DNA of 64,000 bases from Euglena gracilis (GCA_039621445.1 CP154954.1:40479572-40543571); one strand, 5' to 3'; shown: positions 12,271 through 23,820, counted from the stretch's first letter. Translations and numbers: made by a program. The notes: generated by a model from the letters alone, not told the origin.

Positions 12271-13168
12271 GTTTCTGACCCCCCCAGGGGGGGTTGGCTG
12301 CTTTTTTCGTAGTTATTATTGGCTCCAGGAAGGCTTCCTATTCAGGAAGTGGGTGACTGCTTTTCAAGAAGTGACTGACTGGTTTTTTTTTGAAAGTGCA
12401 AAGTGCCACCATCCCCTCCAGGGTCGGCAAGCAATGGATGCTTCTGACCCCGCGAGAAGGAAGGAAAGAAAGAGACTATAAACACACCGAAAGAAGGGAA
12501 CGAAAGGAAACAAAATACCTGGCACCGGAACCAACGCACGGGCGCGCATTGCCAGGGAGTTAGGCCTAGACTACAGGAACCAAACCCAGACCAATAAGAC
12601 GGATGCTGGGGGATCCTACCGGACCACAAGGACAGGAAGGGTGACCAACCACAAAACAATACAGGACAACAAGCCAGCCTGCTTGTTTTGCCTGGGGACA
12701 ATTACCGGCACCCCAACCCAAACAAGCCACATCTAGTGGCCACCTCCCGGACCCCCCCCAGCACAAACCCCGACCTACCCGACCCCAGAAGACAGCACGG
12801 GAGCCTCCCTCCCGGCCCCCCCCCAGCCACTGGCCTGGCCATGCAGGCGCCCCACACAAAGCCCCACCTACCCCACCCAACAGCATCCTGGCTCCTTCCA
12901 GGCCCCCCCCCACACAACAGCCCCCCTCGCCCTCCCGGCCAACCCAGCACGGACGGCCCTATGGCCGCCCGGCACCCCAGAACGGCGGAAATCCGGCCTA
13001 CAGCACCGCAGCACCTTGCAGCCAGTCCTGGGACCCTGATGAAACCGCGAGAGAAGCGGGCCAGAGCCTCATGCTTGAGATGGAGGCCCAAAGCCCCCTT
13101 TTGTTTTGTTTTTCTTTTTTTTTTTTTTTTGTTTTTTTATTTTTTTTTCTTTTTTTTCGTTTTTTTTT

Positions 13169-13567
13169 GCTGAGGCCAAGCCAGAGCCCCTCGACGAGGC
13201 CGAACCTGAACGCCTCGATGAGACCCAGCCTGAGCCAGAGTCCCTCCACGAGCAGGAGCCAGAGTCTCTTGCTGAGCTGGAGCCCCAGGCCCTCTACGAG
13301 CCCAAGCCAGAGCCCCTCAAAGAGCCCAAGCCAGAGCTCCTCGACAAGCCCGAGCCAGAGCCCCTTGACGAGGCCAAGCCAGAACCCCTCGATGAACCCG
13401 AACCAGAGCCCCTTGGCGAGCCTGAGCCAGAGTCCCTTGACGAGCCAGAGCCCCTCGACGAGGCCAAGCCAGAGCCCCTCGGCGAGCCCAAGCCAGAGCC
13501 CCTTGACAAATCCGAGCCAGAGCCCCTCGATGAGCCCCAGCCAGAGCCCCTCAGCGAGCCTCGAATG
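13169..13567 (+). CDS. Candidate coding 24-bp minisatellite encoding (PEPLDEPE/K)n, acidic Pro/Glu-rich repeat; boundaries uncertain
   Basis: About 16 units with the frame preserved and synonymous-looking variation (GAC/GAT, GAG/GAA, CCA/CCT/CCC). The upstream boundary is obscured by a poly-T tract. Confidence 0.5.
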
Positions 13568-13701
13568 GCCTTCCGCACCCCCCGCTATTTTTCCACTTCC
13601 ACTGCCCCCTCCTGAGGCTGCTTTCAGCGGTCACTGAATAAGTGTCAGTTTTCCTTTTTTTGGAAAATAACAACTGGATTTTTCGCATTTCAGACCGTAT
13701 A

Positions 13702-14486
13702 CCCTCACCCCCCCTCAAAGTGTCCCCCCCTGAAAGTGGCCAAAATTTTTTGGCGCCCCTTCCGCCCCGATTTATACCAAAAAATTGCCAAAATTTTGCT
13801 ATTGTGGGGTGTTTTCAGCAGTGGTTTCAGTTATTATGGGGTTTTTGGGGGTGGGGAACCCAGCTGACCTGGTCCCGGGGGCTGGTCGCACGTTTTGGCA
13901 CCCCCGAATTCCTGGCGTTGAGGCAATCTGGTCCCGAGAACCACACCCCCCCCCCTTCCGCCCCGATTTATACCCCAAAAAAATTGCCAAAGTTTTGCAA
14001 TTGTCGGGTATTTTCAGCAGCGGTTTCAGTTATTATGGGGTTTTCGGGGGGTGGGGAACCCAGCTGACCTGGTCCCGGGGGCTGTTCGCTTTTTTCGGCC
14101 CCCCCAATTCCTGGCATTGAGGCAATCTGGTCCCGAAAACCATGCCCCCCCCTTCCGCCCCCCGTCCCCTTCCGCCCCGATTTATACCAAAAAAAAATTG
14201 CCAAAACTTTGCAATTGTGGGGTGTTGACCAGCAGCGGTTCCGGTTATCTTGATGTTTTTGGGGGTGGGGAACCCAGCTGACCTGGTCCCAGGGGCTGGT
14301 CGCATGTTTTGGCACAATCTGGTCCCGAAAAATTTTGGTTTCCCTCCGCTCAAAGTCGCCATTATCCTTCGGCGCCTTTGGCTCCAAAGCCAAAATTCAC
14401 TCCCCCCCCAAAGTGTCCCCCCTCCCAGAGTGGCCGTTTTGGGGTCCCACGGTGCCTGGAGGGTTGCATTTTGAGGGGGGTGAGGG
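13702..14486. mobile_element. TA-flanked TIR element carrying three tandem copies of the ~200-bp satellite monomer
   Basis: TA|CCCTCACCCCCCCTCAAA ... TTTGAGGGGGGTGAGGG|TA. Internal GGGGAACCCAGCTGACCTGGTCCC at ~13852, ~14053 and ~14267 is the reverse complement of the satellite core. Confidence 0.75.
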
Positions 14487-15408
14487 TATTTTTGCACTTC
14501 CGCCACCAACTTGTTTGCATTTCACCTCAAAGATGTTTGCACCTTATCCCAAAAATATTTCCCTCTTTTCGGAAAATTTTGCAGTTGGCTGCACAGTTGC
14601 CCTTTGAAACTTCAACCTTCAAAGCATTCCTTCGGCGCCGAAAAGTACATCCCACCCCCCTCATCCCCCCCCCACGGGGGGGGGGGGGGGGCTCGGTCGG
14701 ACCCACCCACCCTTCTCCCTCCCAAAAAACCCCAAAAAACCCCTGGTCCCCACCCCGTCCTGAACCACCCCACTGCTGTACTGTCATTTTGCTTTTGCTC
14801 AATGAAAAAAAAAATCTTCACATTGGACAATGGAAAAATATCCATGCCGGCTATCTTTAGCATTTTTAGTCATTTTTTGCCCTTTTCAGGGGAAATCCCC
14901 CCCGGTCTTTAAAAAAAAACCCCCTGGCGGGGGAATGAGGGGGGTGCGCGGCCCAACGATGCAGATGCACAATTTTTGGGGGGTTTTTGACAAAAATCCT
15001 TTTATTTTTTCGCCATTTTTTTGGCTGAGTGGCCAAAGCGACCGACAACCTTCCCCATGGGGGGTCAGGAAGGGTGACTGGTTTTTGAGAAGTGACTGAT
15101 TGGTTTTTTGAAAGTGGAGAATGACCCCCCCCCGGGGGGTCAGCAAGCAATGGGGGTGGGATATACTTTTCGGCGCCGCAGGCGCCGAAAAAATTCTATT
15201 TTTAGCACTTTTCGCGATTTTTCGGCCATTTTTTGTGGGTCCCCCGGACCCCCCTCCGCCCCCCCCGGGGTGGTCCCCCCCCGGGGGGTGGGTGGGTGGG
15301 GGGGGGCCCCCCCCTCCCCCCCCCGGTCTTAAAAAAACCTTTGGTGCGGTCCAGGCCCCCTCCTCAAAACCTCTGATTCCAAGCAGCTTTATCCCCGTCC
15401 GTTTCCAG

Positions 15409-15627
15409 CCCCGCAACGCCACCCCCTACGCCGCCATCATTGCCTACATCACCGCCGACAGCGTCCACCCCAGCCCGCAGCTCACCGTCACCGCTCCCAC
15501 AGCCCCAGCGGAACGCCTGCAGCACCGCCGCCCAGCCCTGCAGCCTCCGCGCCCCACCCTCCGCAGCTGGGCAGCGCGGGCCGTGGCCACCGTTGCCGCC
15601 GCCGTCATCCTCCTCCTCGCCCGCCGG
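15409..15627 (+). CDS. Exon A1 of multi-exon hypothetical protein (PRNATPYAAIIAYITADSV...AVATVAAAVILLLARR)
   Basis: TTTCCAG acceptor, GTTTGC donor, phase 0/0, strong C/G third-position bias. Confidence 0.75.
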
Positions 15628-16164
15628 GTTTGCCTCTTGTGTCGCGCTTTTGCGTTTGCCTCTTGGTTGAAAATTCAAAGCAGTCTGAACCCCCTGGTTT
15701 CAAAAACATGAACCCCCTGGTTTCTGTTTTTTTTTCTTTTTGGGACCCTCTCGTCAAGATCACTGCCGAGGGCCGAAGGGGGGTCCGGGGACCCCCTGGA
15801 ACCAAAAAAAATTTTCTTCCCCGGCACTTTGTGCCGGCAAATTTCTGTTTTTATCCTCTGTTTTTGCCCTTTTGTGGAAAAAAAATTGCCTGAAATCACA
15901 ATTGCTTTTTTTGAAGCCCCTCGGAAAATTTTCTGGCGCTTCGCGCTGGTTTTTTTCACCCAAGGGGGTTGGGGGTGTCGTTATTCCCCCCCCCCCCCGG
16001 GGTCATTGATCCCCCCCCGACGTTCTTTCAGATTCACTGGAAATTTTTTTGATCATGATTCCTTCTTTGCCCCCGATTTCCCCTCAGGCCAAAAATTTTT
16101 TGACCATTTTTTTTATTAAAAGGCGTATTTTCATGTCTCCCTGTGTATTATTAATATTGTCATT

Positions 16165-16197
<33 letters not shown>

Positions 16198-16244
16198 GGT
16201 ATTATCATGATGATGATTATGATGATGATGATATTATTATTATA

Positions 16245-16306
<62 letters not shown>

Positions 16307-16551
16307 AAGTCCAAAATCGACAAAATTGACGAAAAATTGCGAAAAATGACTTCCAATGGGCAAAAATGCAGCGCCTCCACACTCAACGATGAACATGACC
16401 TTGAAGGAAGATTGGCGTTAATATATTTTTGGTCAAGGCCTGTGCTCGGTCATTTTCCTGTGAGTCACACCGGCTGGCCGACGGTTGGCCGACGGCTGGC
16501 CGACGGCGTGCTCCCCTATTATTATTATTATTATTATTAATACTATTAATA

Positions 16552-16612
<61 letters not shown>
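16165..16612. repeat. Compound microsatellites (GTT)n/(GAT)n/(ATT)n at 16165-16305 and (ATT)n at 16517-16612
   Basis: Directly visible trinucleotide runs, with a 12-bp GGCTGGCCGAC-type repeat between them. Confidence 0.97.
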
Positions 16613-16616
<4 letters not shown>

Positions 16617-17102
16617 CATTATTAAATATAATATTATTATTTGTCACGTTAACATCCCCCTGGTGGGGGGCCCGCCTGGCTGTGGGGCTGTCCCAGGTTC
16701 CCCATTTTGCTTCTCACTCGGTGTGCTGTTTCAACAAGTCCCCAAACCCAAGGACTGCTCGACATTGTTTTCCAGCATCCCCCCCCCCCAAGAAACCTGG
16801 CGGAGTGGCAGGTTATTGGAACCAACTTTTGGCCCTGCCCCTTGCCAGGTTATTTGGGCCCTTTTTTCATGATTGTAAACGCAAGGCCCCCTGGGGGACC
16901 CACTCAATTTCCGAAAATGGCCTAAATAATCACGGAAATTGCTTTTAAAAAAGGCATCTTCCAAAAAAAATTGGAGCTTTGGCACCAAAAAAGCACATCC
17001 CTCGGGGGGGGGGGGAGGGGGCTCAGCCGGACCCACCCCCCCACCCCCCATAAATGTGGCGTGTTTGCCACATTTTTTTTGTGTTGTTCGTTCCTTCCAC
17101 AG

Positions 17103-17177
17103 ACCCCGCCGCCCGCCAACATCGTCACCGCCGAGCAGCTCCAGCAAGCGGACGACGACGCGGCGCAGCAGGAGCGG
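17103..17177 (+). CDS. Exon A2 (TPPPANIVTAEQLQQADDDAAQQER)
   Basis: TTCCACAG acceptor, GTCCGG donor, phase 0/0. Confidence 0.75.
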
Positions 17178-17803
17178 GTCCGGCACACAGACCCCATTGG
17201 GTTTTGTATTTTTTTTTTGCTTTTGCCCCCCCAGGTCTTCTGGAAACGGCCGAAGGGGATTTCAGAAGTCTGGAAAGTGGAGAGAATGCCAGGGTGGTTG
17301 CAAGGGGACCGGGTAAGTGGGCAAAGGAACTCAGGGGGGAGGATGAGCAAAATTTTCTGGTTTCAGAACAAATAAAATGGTCCAAATTGAAAAGAAAATG
17401 GGGTTTGGAGGAGTTTTTTCTTTGATGGAATTTCAGCCCCAACCCCCTGATTTTTTCCCAAGAAAAGCATATAAAATGATGATAAGGGGGTTTGAAATCT
17501 TTTCAATGGGATTTTGCTTTACCCCCTCCAGGGTTCCCAGGGAGAAGTGGGAAGCCTTTCGGTTTTTGTGGAGGTGGCGTGGTGGGGGGGCCTGACCAAA
17601 GTCCCCCAAAGTCAAATTTTTTCCACTTCTGTGGATTTATTTGGGCAATTTTTTTGCATTTTTTTGACAAATGTTGCCCAAAAAAGTGCCCAAAGTCCCT
17701 CTTTTGGCCAATTCTGGGGGAGGGGCAACATTTTCAGCTTTGTGCCGCCCCCCCCCCCACCTGTCCGTATATCAAACCCCAGCCCCAGCCCTCTCCGCTC
17801 CAG

Positions 17804-17909
17804 TGGGGCCTGGGGGCACCGCCAGCTGCACCCCGCCCCGACCTGGATTGAGCGGCTCTTCAACCCCGTCATCGCCCCCTACCGCGGCATCCGCCAGCTC
17901 CTCGAGCAG
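17804..17909 (+). CDS. Exon A3 (..AWGHRQLHPAPTWIERLFNPVIAPYRGIRQLLEQ)
   Basis: CTCCAG acceptor. Needs a 1-nt indel in the G run (or a missed exon) to join A2 in frame. A CAG|GCCGGG GC donor gives the phase 0 needed for A4. Confidence 0.65.
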
Positions 17910-18133
17910 GCCGGGTGTTGTTTGATTTGACCCAACTTTGGGGGGTTTTGAAGAAAGGGTCGAAGACGATGAACAATGGTGAGCGTGTGGGGGGTTTCAC
18001 ATGGTGGAGTTTTTCCACCTTGGGTGCCTTCCAAATCCATAAGAGCTTCATGGCACACCACCGCTGCTGTCCCTGTTTGAGACCCTCTCTGAAAAAGAAA
18101 AGCTCTTCATCGCAGCCTTCCACCAATACTCAG

Positions 18134-18208
18134 CCTGCCGGCGAGTACTGGTGGATCGTGGAGACGGCGGAGGAGGCCACCGCGAAGCGCCTCCAGGCGC
18201 TCCACGCG
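18134..18208 (+). CDS. Exon A4 (PAGEYWWIVETAEEATAKRLQALHA)
   Basis: CTCAG acceptor, GTGGCC donor, phase 0/0, coding-like codon bias. Confidence 0.7.
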
Positions 18209-19503
18209 GTGGCCGACCCCGCCCTCTGCGCCCGCTGCCACTCACGCGCTTATTTGCTTTGTCCAATGAAATCCAACTAATGGGTCGGGTGTGAATCACC
18301 GTTGCCCAGGCCCCCCCCGGGTTGGATCTCCACCCCAAGCTCATTCAACCCCCCAGCCTGTGTTGAACACCACTCTCTGGTTTGGGTTCTTTTGACCCGG
18401 GAAGACCCCCGAGCCCGAGCCCTGCAGCTGTGGGGGGGTTTCTGGGTTGGGGCCAGCAGCCCCTGGTCCATCCATATTTTTTTTAGAAAAAAATTGTTTT
18501 AATTGGAAACACGTTGTGAAAAGTATTGAAGGCTTCATTGACACAGGAAATTATGAAATGAAGCTTGACGCCGGGCGCGTCTGAAGTCTTGAAACGTAAA
18601 AGAAATTGAGAAAAGTAAAAAAAATAAAATAGAAATTAAGCGCGTGGCCACACCACCACCGCTTCGGGCTGAAGGAGACGGATGTGAACGGCACCATGGT
18701 GCCATTGTGCCCATGGTGCGTATATGCACCGGTGTGTTCGCCACCCCCTGTTTTGTCGTACCTTTCAATGGGGCGGGGTTGGTGCATGGGGGGGGGGGTG
18801 GCTGTGCCCCTCACCATGCGGGGGTTGGGGGGGGAGTGGCCATGAGTTGCCAGAAATGACGTGTTCTTGCTCCCTTGCTTTCGCAAAGTGCCGAAAAATT
18901 TATAAGCTGTCATATTTACCCCCCCCCCCAAGGTGCCCCATGGTGCCCACCCTGGGAGTGAGTGGATGCTGACCAGGGATTTTTTAAGTTTGGGCGGGGG
19001 GGGGTTGGTGAGTCTGCTGCCCCCTCCCCCCGAAAAGTGCCGAAGTTTTTTGACCCCCCAAGAAATGGGTGTGAGTTTCGGAGAGGTGTGAGTTTCGGTG
19101 CGAAACCCCAAAATTTTTCAAAAAAACGCCCTTAAATGCCCTGATTTGGGGGGGCTCGCCAGGTTGGGTGTGTGGAGGGGGAGTCTTGAGAAGAAGCCCG
19201 GACCGTCCCCCCCCCCGGTCTTTTGAAAAGGGCGGTGGGTGAAAATTCTGACACGTTGGGACAAATATTTTGCCAGGCGTGGAAAAACTTTGGGAGCCAG
19301 GTGTACTATTTTTGCAAGTTTCATTCATCTGGTGTCCAATTCACGCGTAATTCAAAATCCCTTTTCCAATTCTGCTGCGGTCTCTAAAAATTCTCACTTG
19401 AACCTTGGTCATTCTTTGGGGTTGGGGAAACATTCTTCTCCAGATGCACATGCACCTGCCAACGATTCTGATTTTAAAGCTTACATCCCCTTTCCCTTCA
19501 CAG

Positions 19504-19575
19504 TGGGCCCCAGCTGTGGCCGCCCGCGAAGCCGCCCAGAACGCCGCCCGCCACTACAGGCCGCCAACCCGCACG
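19504..19575 (+). CDS. Exon A5 (WAPAVAAREAAQNAARHYRPPTRT)
   Basis: CCTTCACAG acceptor, GTGTGT donor, phase 0/0. Confidence 0.75.
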
Positions 19576-19860
19576 GTGTGTGATGCCTCCTCAATGTGCC
19601 CCCATCCCATGTGCCCCAAGTGGAAAGTGCCAATAGTTAGAAGCCAGCACCTTTCTTCCAGCTGGGAGTCGTGGTGGTGCAAACGCAAATTGGTGCCAAA
19701 TGTTTTTTTTGGTATTTATCATGTTTCCAGTTAGCCTGGCACTTCCCGTTTTTAAGACATGGAACGGAGAAAGAAGTTCTTTGCTCGATGGTGAGTCAAC
19801 AAAAAACGTATTGGCAGGAAATCTGTTGTTTGGGCGACATCCTGTCATGGAAGCTCCACC

Positions 19861-20136
19861 CAGGGTTTTTTTTTTAGCCTTCGCCCCCCTCCCCCTGGGG
19901 GGGGGGGTAGGGTGGGTGGTTCCCTTGGAATCCCTCCCCCGGGGGGAGGTGTAGGGGCTGGTGGGTATATCTTTTTCGACGCTGAAGGCACCGAAAATTT
20001 TGAAAAGGTGCCATTTTCAGCATTTTGGCCATTTTCGGGCAAAAGTGGGTGGGTCCCCCCCGGGGGGGGGGGGCTCGCGGGGGGGGGGGGGGGGGTGGAT
20101 GCCGACCCCCTCCCCCCCGGTCTTAAAAAACCCCTG
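19861..20136. mobile_element. hAT-like MITE, CAGGG(T)n...(A)nCCCCTG family
   Basis: TIRs CAGGGTTTTTT / AAAAAACCCCTG. Flanks GCTCCACC / GCTCCAAT (6 of 8 match). Confidence 0.75.
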
Positions 20137-20472
20137 GCTCCAATGCCAAATTTTCTTTTTGTTGCAAATTTTCTGTTATTTTCCCAATTTTTGCCCACTT
20201 GAACGCTTTTGTGAAACTCAAGGGGGGGCGATTATGATGATGAAAGTGAAGGAATTTTTTGTTGAATCCCGGAAAGGTTTGGAGCAGGCTTCTTTTGAGT
20301 GAACGTCTTTTTTGGCCCCCAAAATGCCCCCCCCCCGGACTTCTTCCTTCGCTTTTTGGGGGGTGCAGGGCACCCCCCTCCCTCTTCAAAAAAAAGAACT
20401 CTTCCCTTTTTTCCGGCATTATCCCAAAGTGCTTTTGCATTTCCGCATTCCCCTTCCCCCCCAATCTCACAG

Positions 20473-20541
20473 TTCCGTGGCTGCCGGTGGTGGCTGGTCC
20501 CCCTCCTCACCGCCATCGGCTCCGCCAGCTGGACACGCAGG
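20473..20541 (+). CDS. Exon A6 (FRGCRWWLVPLLTAIGSASWTRR)
   Basis: CTCACAG acceptor, phase 0. An in-frame TGA follows at 20551, so a GC donor (AGG|GCGGCG) is inferred. Confidence 0.65.
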
Positions 20542-20753
20542 GCGGCGCTGTGAAAATGGGATGTCTTTTCGGGAATGCACCCCCCAAACTGGGCGATGAG
20601 GGTTTTCTCACAACAGAACCCCCCCAACCCTGGTCGGTGAACACCCAAATGTATTTCTCAGTGCAAAGCGGCAAATCTTCTCTGCGGTGTTTGTCCTCCC
20701 TGACAGGTAGTTGCAGCTCCCTAACAGACCCATTTTGGGGTTTTGGCCAGAAG

Positions 20754-20935
20754 CAGGGGATTTTTTTAGTCTTGGACCCCCGGAGGGGAGGTGGGTGTGC
20801 CCGGCGAAGCCCCCCCCCCCAGGGGGATGTTTTTGAAAAGGTGCTGGTTTCAGCATTTTTGCGATTTTTGGCCATTTTGGGGGGAAAGTGAGTGGGACCC
20901 CTGGGACCCCCCCGGTCTTTAAAAAAAAACCCCTG
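20754..20935. mobile_element. hAT-like MITE with perfect 8-bp TSD GCCAGAAG
   Basis: GCCAGAAG|CAGGGGATTTTTTTAG ... TTTAAAAAAAAACCCCTG|GCCAGAAG. Confidence 0.9.
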
Positions 20936-20976
20936 GCCAGAAGTGTCCACCAAGGAACGGCGCGCCCCTGCCGCAG

Positions 20977-21081
20977 ATCTCACCCATCGACAGCTGCCTG
21001 GCCAACACGTTGGCGTGGGCAGTGGTGGCCGGCACCTACAGCTGGCTGTGGGTGGATTACCTCCGCCCACGGCTGCTGTGG
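20977..21081 (+). CDS. Exon A7 (ISPIDSCLANTLAWAVVAGTYSWLWVDYLRPRLLW), putative transmembrane segment
   Basis: CCGCAG acceptor, GTGCCG donor, phase 0/0. Confidence 0.72.
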
Positions 21082-21433
21082 GTGCCGCGCCGCTACCCAT
21101 GCTCCGCGATCGGGGGGCTTTTTGCCCTGGGTGTAGTTGGTCAAACTGTCTCTCACCCAGAGTTCGATAGGCCGGGGGGGGGGTCGTCCCCCCATTGACC
21201 GGAGGGTCTCACCTGACCCGGGTCCTTTGGGGGTGTCTTTCTGTCCACCTGGGATGACACCTGGGGGGTGTCATCCCCCCCACCTGCCTTTTATGTTGCA
21301 CCCTGCCCACACCCCATCTTGTTGGCATTCCCACTTGCCCCACCCCTTTGGACATGATTCAGATTTGGCGCTGTTTTGCACCTGTCCATTTAAGTTTACG
21401 CTGTCTGTCTATCGATCTCCCTGGGGTCATGTC

Positions 21434-21771
21434 CAGGCAATTGCTTAAGCACTGCCCCCCCCCCCCCGGTGACTGGTTTTTTCAAAGTGACTGACTGGTT
21501 TTGGGCCCGGCCCCCCTCCCCCCCCCTGGGGGGGGGTCGGCCAGGAGTGGGCAAAAGTGGCTTGAGTGACCCCGGCGCCGAAGGCGCCGGAAAAATTTTT
21601 GGGGCCTAAATGGCCTAAAGTGACTGGAAAGTGGCCGTTTTTCTGAGTGGCCGACCCCCCCCCCCCGGGGGGGTGGTGACTGGCTGGTTTTTTGAAAATG
21701 AGTGACTGACTGGTTTTTAAAAAAAATGGAGTGACCCCCTCCCCCCCCCCGGGTCGGTAAGCAATTGTATG
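21434..21771. mobile_element. hAT-like MITE, CAGGCAATTGCTTA family, perfect TSD GTCATGTC
   Basis: GTCATGTC|CAGGCAATTGCTTA ... TAAGCAATTGTATG|GTCATGTC. Internal GTGACTG repeats and a CGGCGCCGAAGGCGCCG palindrome. Confidence 0.88.
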
Positions 21772-22010
21772 GTCATGTCACAGAGGCAGCCAAATTTTCA
21801 TTTGGTTTTGATGTATTCCTTCCTGGGGGGTGGTCGCCTGCACTTGAGTGATTGACTGTCAATTTTTAAGGAAACATTCAAATTTTCGGACCCAGATGAG
21901 AGTGGGGAGGGGGGAAGTTCCAACGCTCAGTTCATTTTCTCACAATTTCTGAGACTCTCAGCATCTGTTGAAATGGAAAAGGCTGCATCGCCCCCCCTCC
22001 CCCTGACAAG

Positions 22011-22093
22011 GGGCCCCCCGCCGCTAGCCGCCGCCGCCCTCGTCCACGCTACCGCTGCCCGCCTCCGCCCCCTCGTCGAAGGCAACGGCTACG
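22011..22093 (+). CDS. Exon A8 (GPPPLAAAALVHATAARLRPLVEGNGY)
   Basis: AAG acceptor, GTGGGC donor (phase 1). Needs a 1-nt indel in the C run to join A7 in frame. Confidence 0.55.
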
Positions 22094-22509
22094 GTGGGCC
22101 ACGCCCTGCCTTAGAATCCCCCCACCCCCCTGGCTGGAAATGTGTTTTGATTTGCTTTTCATTTGACAGCGTGGCCAGACTTCTTTTTTGAGGAAAGTCG
22201 CACCGCACCCCTCAGGGTGAGTGCTGTTGGCAGGTTGGGGGAGGTATTTTTGATCCCCACCTGGGGGGGGGGTCAAGTTTTGGGGTGAGCAGTGCTACAG
22301 CACATCCGGTGTCGGGGGGGGAGGCTGAAAATGGCCATTTGCAAAGGGAAAATGGCTGGGTCGGAAGGCACCAGGGGCCGAACCCCCCCCGGGGGTGCCT
22401 GTCATGGGCAGGCGCCCCACTGCACAACGCACAAACCCTGGGGGTTTGTAAAACGAAGCCTGAGCGTGGCCCCTTCCTTCCCTCCCCTCCCCCGCCCCCT
22501 CCCCCTGAG

Positions 22510-22610
22510 ACCAGGCGTGGCGGCACAACGCCGCCTACTACGGCGTGCGGCTGGCCCACCTCATCGCTATCGCGGCCGGCGGCCTGGGGGACCTGGGCCT
22601 ACACGCCCTA
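22510..22610 (+). CDS. Exon A9 (..AWRHNAAYYGVRLAHLIAIAAGGLGDLGLHAL); start ambiguous (22510, 22513 or 22515)
   Basis: Strong coding bias. GTCCTA donor, phase 0. Confidence 0.68.
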
Positions 22611-23261
22611 GTCCTACACCCAGGCTTCCTTTCTTACTTCTTTCTTTTCCTTCTTTTCCCCCTGCTTTGGGGGGGGGCAGGGCGTGCCGTGACCCTCCCT
22701 CCTCCCAAATTATTCTCGTGGTTTCGCAGGCATTCTAAACTTCACTGACACCACCCCGGGGCACATGGAACGGGGAGGGGGGTCCAGGGTGCGGCCACCT
22801 CTGCCTCCGGGGTGGGTGGGGCACTGCATGTGGCTTTCGGGCAGGCTTTTTGGTGCCAGGCCCATCTCCTTTCGGCGCCAGAAAAGGGCCGTTTTCAGGC
22901 AAATTTTAGCCAACGGCCATGCATCCACCAGTCCACCACACCCAGAACAGGGTAGCATTGCACAAAAAAAATTGGTTTGGCAAGGCGATGAACGAATGAT
23001 TTTACTGAAAGTTCGACGCTCTGGAAATACGACAAGGCTTGTGTGACTTGGCTTAAGGCTTGTAGACAATACGACAAGGGGCAGACCCCACCCTGCCCAG
23101 GATGGGGGTGAGGGGTCAGGGATCCCCTACCACCTCCTGAGTATTTTTTTTGGAGATTCTCTTCAGCCTTTCGAGGCACAAGGCACATGTGCAGTTTCAA
23201 ACGGGAAAAAGCCTGCCGCCAAGCCCCCGCCCCCTTCATCAACACCCGCAGCCCCCTCCAG

Positions 23262-23351
23262 TGCTGGCGGGACCGACAACCGCCCCCACCGCCTGGCATG
23301 ATCGCCTGGTTTCGCGAAGCCCTCGGGCTCGGCAACCCCCCTGCCGTACAG
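23262..23351 (+). CDS. Exon A10 (CWRDRQPPPPPGMIAWFREALGLGNPPAVQ)
   Basis: CTCCAG acceptor, CAG|GCCGTT GC donor, followed by a 52-nt intron. Confidence 0.62.
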
Positions 23352-23403
23352 GCCGTTGCCTAACCCCCCACCCCTCAGCCCCCTTTCCTGCACTTCGCGG
23401 CAG

Positions 23404-23474
23404 AACAGCCAGGCCAACCCTCCTTCAGCGGTGGACCCTCCTCCAGCGCTGGGGTGGCTTCGAAGGAACTCAGG
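23404..23474 (+). CDS. Exon A11 (NSQANPPSAVDPPPALGWLRRNSG)
   Basis: GGCAG acceptor, GTTTGT donor (phase 2), followed by a 63-nt intron. Confidence 0.58.
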
Positions 23475-23537
23475 GTTTGTGTTCAGCTGAAGCTGGGGGG
23501 ATGGGACACCCGGGCCACCCCGTCCCTCCCATCAAAG

Positions 23538-23633
23538 GCAATGGCTTGCCGCCGCACCGCCTGCCGCACCGCCGGCGCAGCCTGGAGCGCCGCCGCCGGC
23601 CGATGCTGCGGCGCAGGAGCCAGTCCAGCCAGG
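23538..23633 (+). CDS. Exon A12 (QWLAAAPPAAPPAQPGAPPPADAAAQEPVQPG)
   Basis: AAG acceptor, GTTCAG donor, phase 2/2, consistent with both neighbours. Confidence 0.62.
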
Positions 23634-23820
23634 GTTCAGTGCCCAGAGTTCGTGAATTCAGACGTTTTTTTTTAAAAAATTTTGTTGTCCGGGGTGGGGG
23701 GGACGAACCTCCTCCCCGGGGCCGCCGGTGTCATGCCAGATTTGCTTTTGTTTTTGGTGCGAGTTTTTTTTTGGACCCCAAAATTCCCCAAACGTCGGTC
23801 CCCCCCCCAAGCACCCCCCC

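Noticed and set aside
17235-17312. Possible extra exon VFWKRPKG...GDR with a GTAAGT donor
   Set aside because: Codon usage differs from the neighbouring exons and it does not fix the A2-A3 phase mismatch. It is not excluded.
21641-21650. TTCTGAGTG resembling part of a euglenid spliced-leader exon
   Set aside because: The match is only about 9 nt and lies inside a MITE subterminal repeat.
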